Shown here: positions 61,301 through 64,000 of the stretch, one piece after another
Position numbering within the stretch: position 1 is the first letter of the stretch
Layout of the letters: every line of letters starts with the position of its first letter
Source: Eledone cirrhosa
Taxonomy: Eukaryota
Direction: 5' to 3'
Assembly (NCBI GenBank): GCA_964016885.1
Contig: CAXHJY010000644.1
Span: 1 to 64,000 of the forward strand
Length of the DNA: 64,000 nucleotides
Position numbers and translations under genes: made by a program
The notes under the pieces: generated by a model
The model's database searches: none
What the model was told of the DNA's origin: nothing
Seen by the model: the letters and a program-made list of their open reading frames with translations, nothing else

Positions 61301-62863
61301 TACCATCAATCACCTCCTCTTCATGGACGATCTTAAGCTCTTCGGGAAAAGTGAGAAGGAGTTGGATGTGTTTGTTGACACTGTCCGTATTTTCAGCAGT
61401 GATATATGTATGCAGTTTGGTATTGGTAAATGTGGAGTCATTGTGATGAGGAGGGGTAGGTTGAGCAGAAGTAACGGGATCCAGATACCAACAGGTGAGA
61501 TGATAAAGGAAATTGACTCTGAGGAAGGATACAAGTATTTGGGCGTTCTGGAGGCTGATGGCATAAAGAACAAAAAAATGAAGGAATTGTTAAGAACTGA
61601 ATACATTCGGAGAGTAAGGAGCGTATTGAAGTCACATCTGAACAGCAGAAATGCCATAAGCGCAGTAAATTCCCGAGCTGTGTCTATTATTAGGTACAGT
61701 GCGGGAATTCTGAGATGGAATGTTGCTGAACAAAAAGAAATGGATAGGAAGACTAGGAAGCTATTGACTATCTACAACATGTTCCACAAGAGGAGTGATG
61801 TCGATAGACTCTACCTAAGGAGATCTGAGGGTGGAAGAGGTCTTATCAGCATAGAGGACTGTGTTCAGATGGAGAAAAACAACCTATACAAATACGTGAC
61901 CTATAGTAAGGAGCCAATGCTCAGAGCTGTACTGAAGGAGGGGACAGTAGGCCAGGGGATACCCAAGGAGGAAATAACATCAAGGAGGAAGAGCAGCCTT
62001 AAGGGAAAATCCCTTCATAGTACCTTCTTTGAGAAAACTGAATTTAGAGATCCACAGACATGGAACTGGTTGAGAAGAGGAGACCTCAAAAAGGCTACAG
62101 AAGGAATGCTAATGGCTGCGCAGGAGCAGGCCCTCAAAACGAAGTGGTTGAAGCACCATATCTACAAGGAGGAGGCTAGCCCACTGTGCAGGATCTGTGG
62201 AGAGAGAGAGGAGACTGTGGCTCACATTGTGTCCGAGTGTAAACACCTAGCCCAGACCCACTATAAGGGCTGGAGACACGATGTGATGGGCAGGGTGATC
62301 CACTGGCACCTGTGCAAAGTAAACAATCTACCACATTCTGAGAAATGGTATGAGCATAGGCCAGAGGCGGTGATGGAGAACAGTCAGGTGAAGGTGCTGT
62401 GTGATTTTAGGATACAGACGGACAAAAAACTGGAACACAATAGACCTGACCTGGTGGTTGTGGACAAAGAAAAAAGATCGTGCCTGATTGTGGATGTGGC
62501 CTGCCCGTTCGACACGAGAGTGCAAGAGAAGGAGAGGGAGAAAATTAACCGATACCAGGACCTAAAGTGGGAGGTGAAAAGGATTTGGAACTGCCATGAA
62601 GTCAAAGTGATCCCGATTGTCATAGGCGCACTGGGGACTATCTCCAAAGGTTTCCAGGGATGGTTAAAGAAAATCGGCCCCTTCACGCTTTTTGGAACGC
62701 TTCAAAAGGCATGCTTGCTTGGAACGGCAAGAACCCTCCGATACGTCCTGAATATCTGAGGCTGCAGGTAGTGGCTTGATATTCAATCCAACGGACTTTC
62801 CAGTTAACCAACATCAATGACTGAGATTCAAGGAATAACAATAACAATAATAATAATAATAAT
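58314..62863 (+). mobile_element. R4/Dong-like RLE non-LTR retrotransposon, copy 1 (5' boundary uncertain)
   Basis: Single ORF with RT-CCHC-RLE architecture, bounded by (TAA)n on both sides. Confidence 0.8.
59367..62759 (+). CDS. RT + CCHC knuckle + restriction-like endonuclease, intact 1130 aa
   Basis: Motifs WIDYRKAFDMVPH, GIFQGDSLSPLLF, LFMDDLKLF, CRICGEREETVAHIVSEC, RHD and PDLVVVD..D..K..Y. Confidence 0.95.
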   Translation: METRTSCDRLSPNRCPLAQQQKPDCQPNTADVGGRRRRKGARTNWTKELNRTVMQCYLKSNPKERGYRRRMHNIWNEIGLFKLDEQKLAGQARVIRTNGWISELELEELSRENGLEMAGVVCQTSEPAGNEGEEVLRMEEPPEADNDLNTEINNTWNRDTATEEMNADGLGQDSVDILNLVVDELNNDSGRPMNLRFVDRKKLKETTAKVNKVIPYLEARSLHQCNNILKATANTVRKLLGIKARGNNRQERAEPWWKKRLSGQIGEMRNDIGKLESLLNGTLKNIGTKNRLEIKYKTRSKKLNIIIEELKQRIVAKSAKIRRYENRVSQYKQNRMFDNNQKMLFGQLEGKERGNDLIPGAEQAKTFWRGIWEQDVRHNAQAGWIETVQREIGEQAQQQTDLSITVETLKGQAKKLTNWKSPGPDGVQGYWIKHLTSLHPKLTAMFNDCLVSGEVPEWLTKGTTVLIMKDRIKGNDVTNYRPITCLPVMWKLLTSIVSEEIYHHLHTNNLLPDEQKGCRKKSRGTKDQLLIDKMVMGNCRRRHTDLAMGWIDYRKAFDMVPHSWITKSLEIFRVADNIRQLLGRSMGSWETELTSTGVSLGSVKIKRGIFQGDSLSPLLFVLALMPLTIMLRKVRAGYKLGRGELTINHLLFMDDLKLFGKSEKELDVFVDTVRIFSSDICMQFGIGKCGVIVMRRGRLSRSNGIQIPTGEMIKEIDSEEGYKYLGVLEADGIKNKKMKELLRTEYIRRVRSVLKSHLNSRNAISAVNSRAVSIIRYSAGILRWNVAEQKEMDRKTRKLLTIYNMFHKRSDVDRLYLRRSEGGRGLISIEDCVQMEKNNLYKYVTYSKEPMLRAVLKEGTVGQGIPKEEITSRRKSSLKGKSLHSTFFEKTEFRDPQTWNWLRRGDLKKATEGMLMAAQEQALKTKWLKHHIYKEEASPLCRICGEREETVAHIVSECKHLAQTHYKGWRHDVMGRVIHWHLCKVNNLPHSEKWYEHRPEAVMENSQVKVLCDFRIQTDKKLEHNRPDLVVVDKEKRSCLIVDVACPFDTRVQEKEREKINRYQDLKWEVKRIWNCHEVKVIPIVIGALGTISKGFQGWLKKIGPFTLFGTLQKACLLGTARTLRYVLNI

Positions 62864-63078
62864 GATTTCATTTATTAGCCACAAGGGCCGACATGTATAT
62901 TCTCCACAAAATTCCTGTGTGTTTGTTTGTTTATGTGTGTTCGTATACAGCGTGGTGATAATGCCACACAAGGGCCAAGTGGAACGGCGAATCCACAGAT
63001 GGCTATGTAACCATACATTCGCCAATCCTCGATAAGAGTGTTTAAATATCGAACATAAACAGTTCGAATAACGGTGAA

Positions 63079-64000
63079 ATGGAGACTAGAACGTCATGTG
63101 ACAGACTCTCACCCAACAGGTGCCCCCTGGCTCAGCAGCAGGAACCTGACTGTCAACCAAATACTGCTGATGTTGGAGGAAGAAGAAGGAAAGGGGCCAG
63201 AACCAACTGGAGTAAAGAATTGAATAGAACTGTTATGCAATGTTACCTGAAAAGTGACCCCAAGGAGAGGGGCTACAGGAGACGGATGCATAACATCTGG
63301 AACGAGATTGGTCTATTTAAATTAGATGAACAAAAATTGGCCGGGCAGGCTCGGGTAATAAGAACTAATGGGTGGATAAGCGAGCTGGAACTGGAGGAAC
63401 TGAGCAGAGAGAATGGCTTGGAGATGGCGGGTGTAGTATGCCAGACAAGCGAGCCAGTGGGAAATGAAGGTGAAGAGGTCCTGAGAACGGAGGAACCACC
63501 CGAAGCAGACAATGATCTGAATACTGAGATAAATAATACCTGGAACAGAGATACGGCCACTGAGGAGATGAATGCTGACGGGCTAGGACGAGATTCGGTT
63601 GACATCCTAAATTTAGTGGTAGATGAATTGAACAATGATAGTGGGAGACCTATGAACCTAAGATTTGTAGACAGGAAAAAGTTAAAAGAAACAACAGCTA
63701 AGGTAAACAAAGTCATCCCATACCTTGAGGCGAGGAGCCTTCACCAGTGCAACAATATCCTCAAAGCAACAGCAAATACGGTGAGGAAACTACTTGGTAT
63801 AAAAGCGAGAGGAAACAACAGACAAGAAAGAGCAGAGCCGTGGTGGAAGAAACGACTGAGTGGTCAAATCGGGGAAATGAGAAATGACATAGGAAAGCTT
63901 GAGTCACTACTGAATGGGACACTAAAAAACATAGGCACTAAAAATAGACTGGAAATAAAGTACAAAACTAGGAGGAAAAAAAAGCTAAATATTATCATAG
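63079..64000 (+). CDS. Second tandem copy of the R4/Dong-like ORF, open to the window edge
   Basis: Near-identical to 59367 onward with only in-frame 3-nt indels seen. Homology starts at about 62925. Confidence 0.88.
   Translation, partial: METRTSCDRLSPNRCPLAQQQEPDCQPNTADVGGRRRKGARTNWSKELNRTVMQCYLKSDPKERGYRRRMHNIWNEIGLFKLDEQKLAGQARVIRTNGWISELELEELSRENGLEMAGVVCQTSEPVGNEGEEVLRTEEPPEADNDLNTEINNTWNRDTATEEMNADGLGRDSVDILNLVVDELNNDSGRPMNLRFVDRKKLKETTAKVNKVIPYLEARSLHQCNNILKATANTVRKLLGIKARGNNRQERAEPWWKKRLSGQIGEMRNDIGKLESLLNGTLKNIGTKNRLEIKYKTRRKKKLNIII

Overview
This is eukaryotic, gene-free DNA. The tRNA-derived SINEs resemble octopus/cephalopod SINEs, which is an inference. A long (TA)n/(TACA)n microsatellite field is filled with unrelated retroelements. 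These include five Penelope-like elements (PLEs; RT plus C-terminal GIY-YIG, one with an intact 879-aa ORF), three CR1/L2-group LINEs of two families, an RTE LINE with RTE-derived fragments, two tandem R4/Dong-like RLE LINEs and two SINEs. The YI/IY-rich ORFs are microsatellite artefacts. Three signals stand out. (1) A 3.95-kb array of near-identical, non-coding, highly structured 310-bp units each carries a canonical type I hammerhead ribozyme (a retrozyme/circRNA-like system), and at least nine further hammerhead or hammerhead-variant motifs lie in PLE pseudo-LTRs and small non-autonomous elements. (2) Two divergent CR1-group LINE families both lack an AUG before the endonuclease and both carry a correctly phased U_UUU_UUA slippery site in the ORF1/ORF2 overlap, suggesting retrovirus-style -1 ribosomal frameshifting in a LINE. 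(3) There are unusual domain add-ons: a Myb/SANT-like plus CCCH ORF1, and three C-terminal C2H2 fingers on the RTE.
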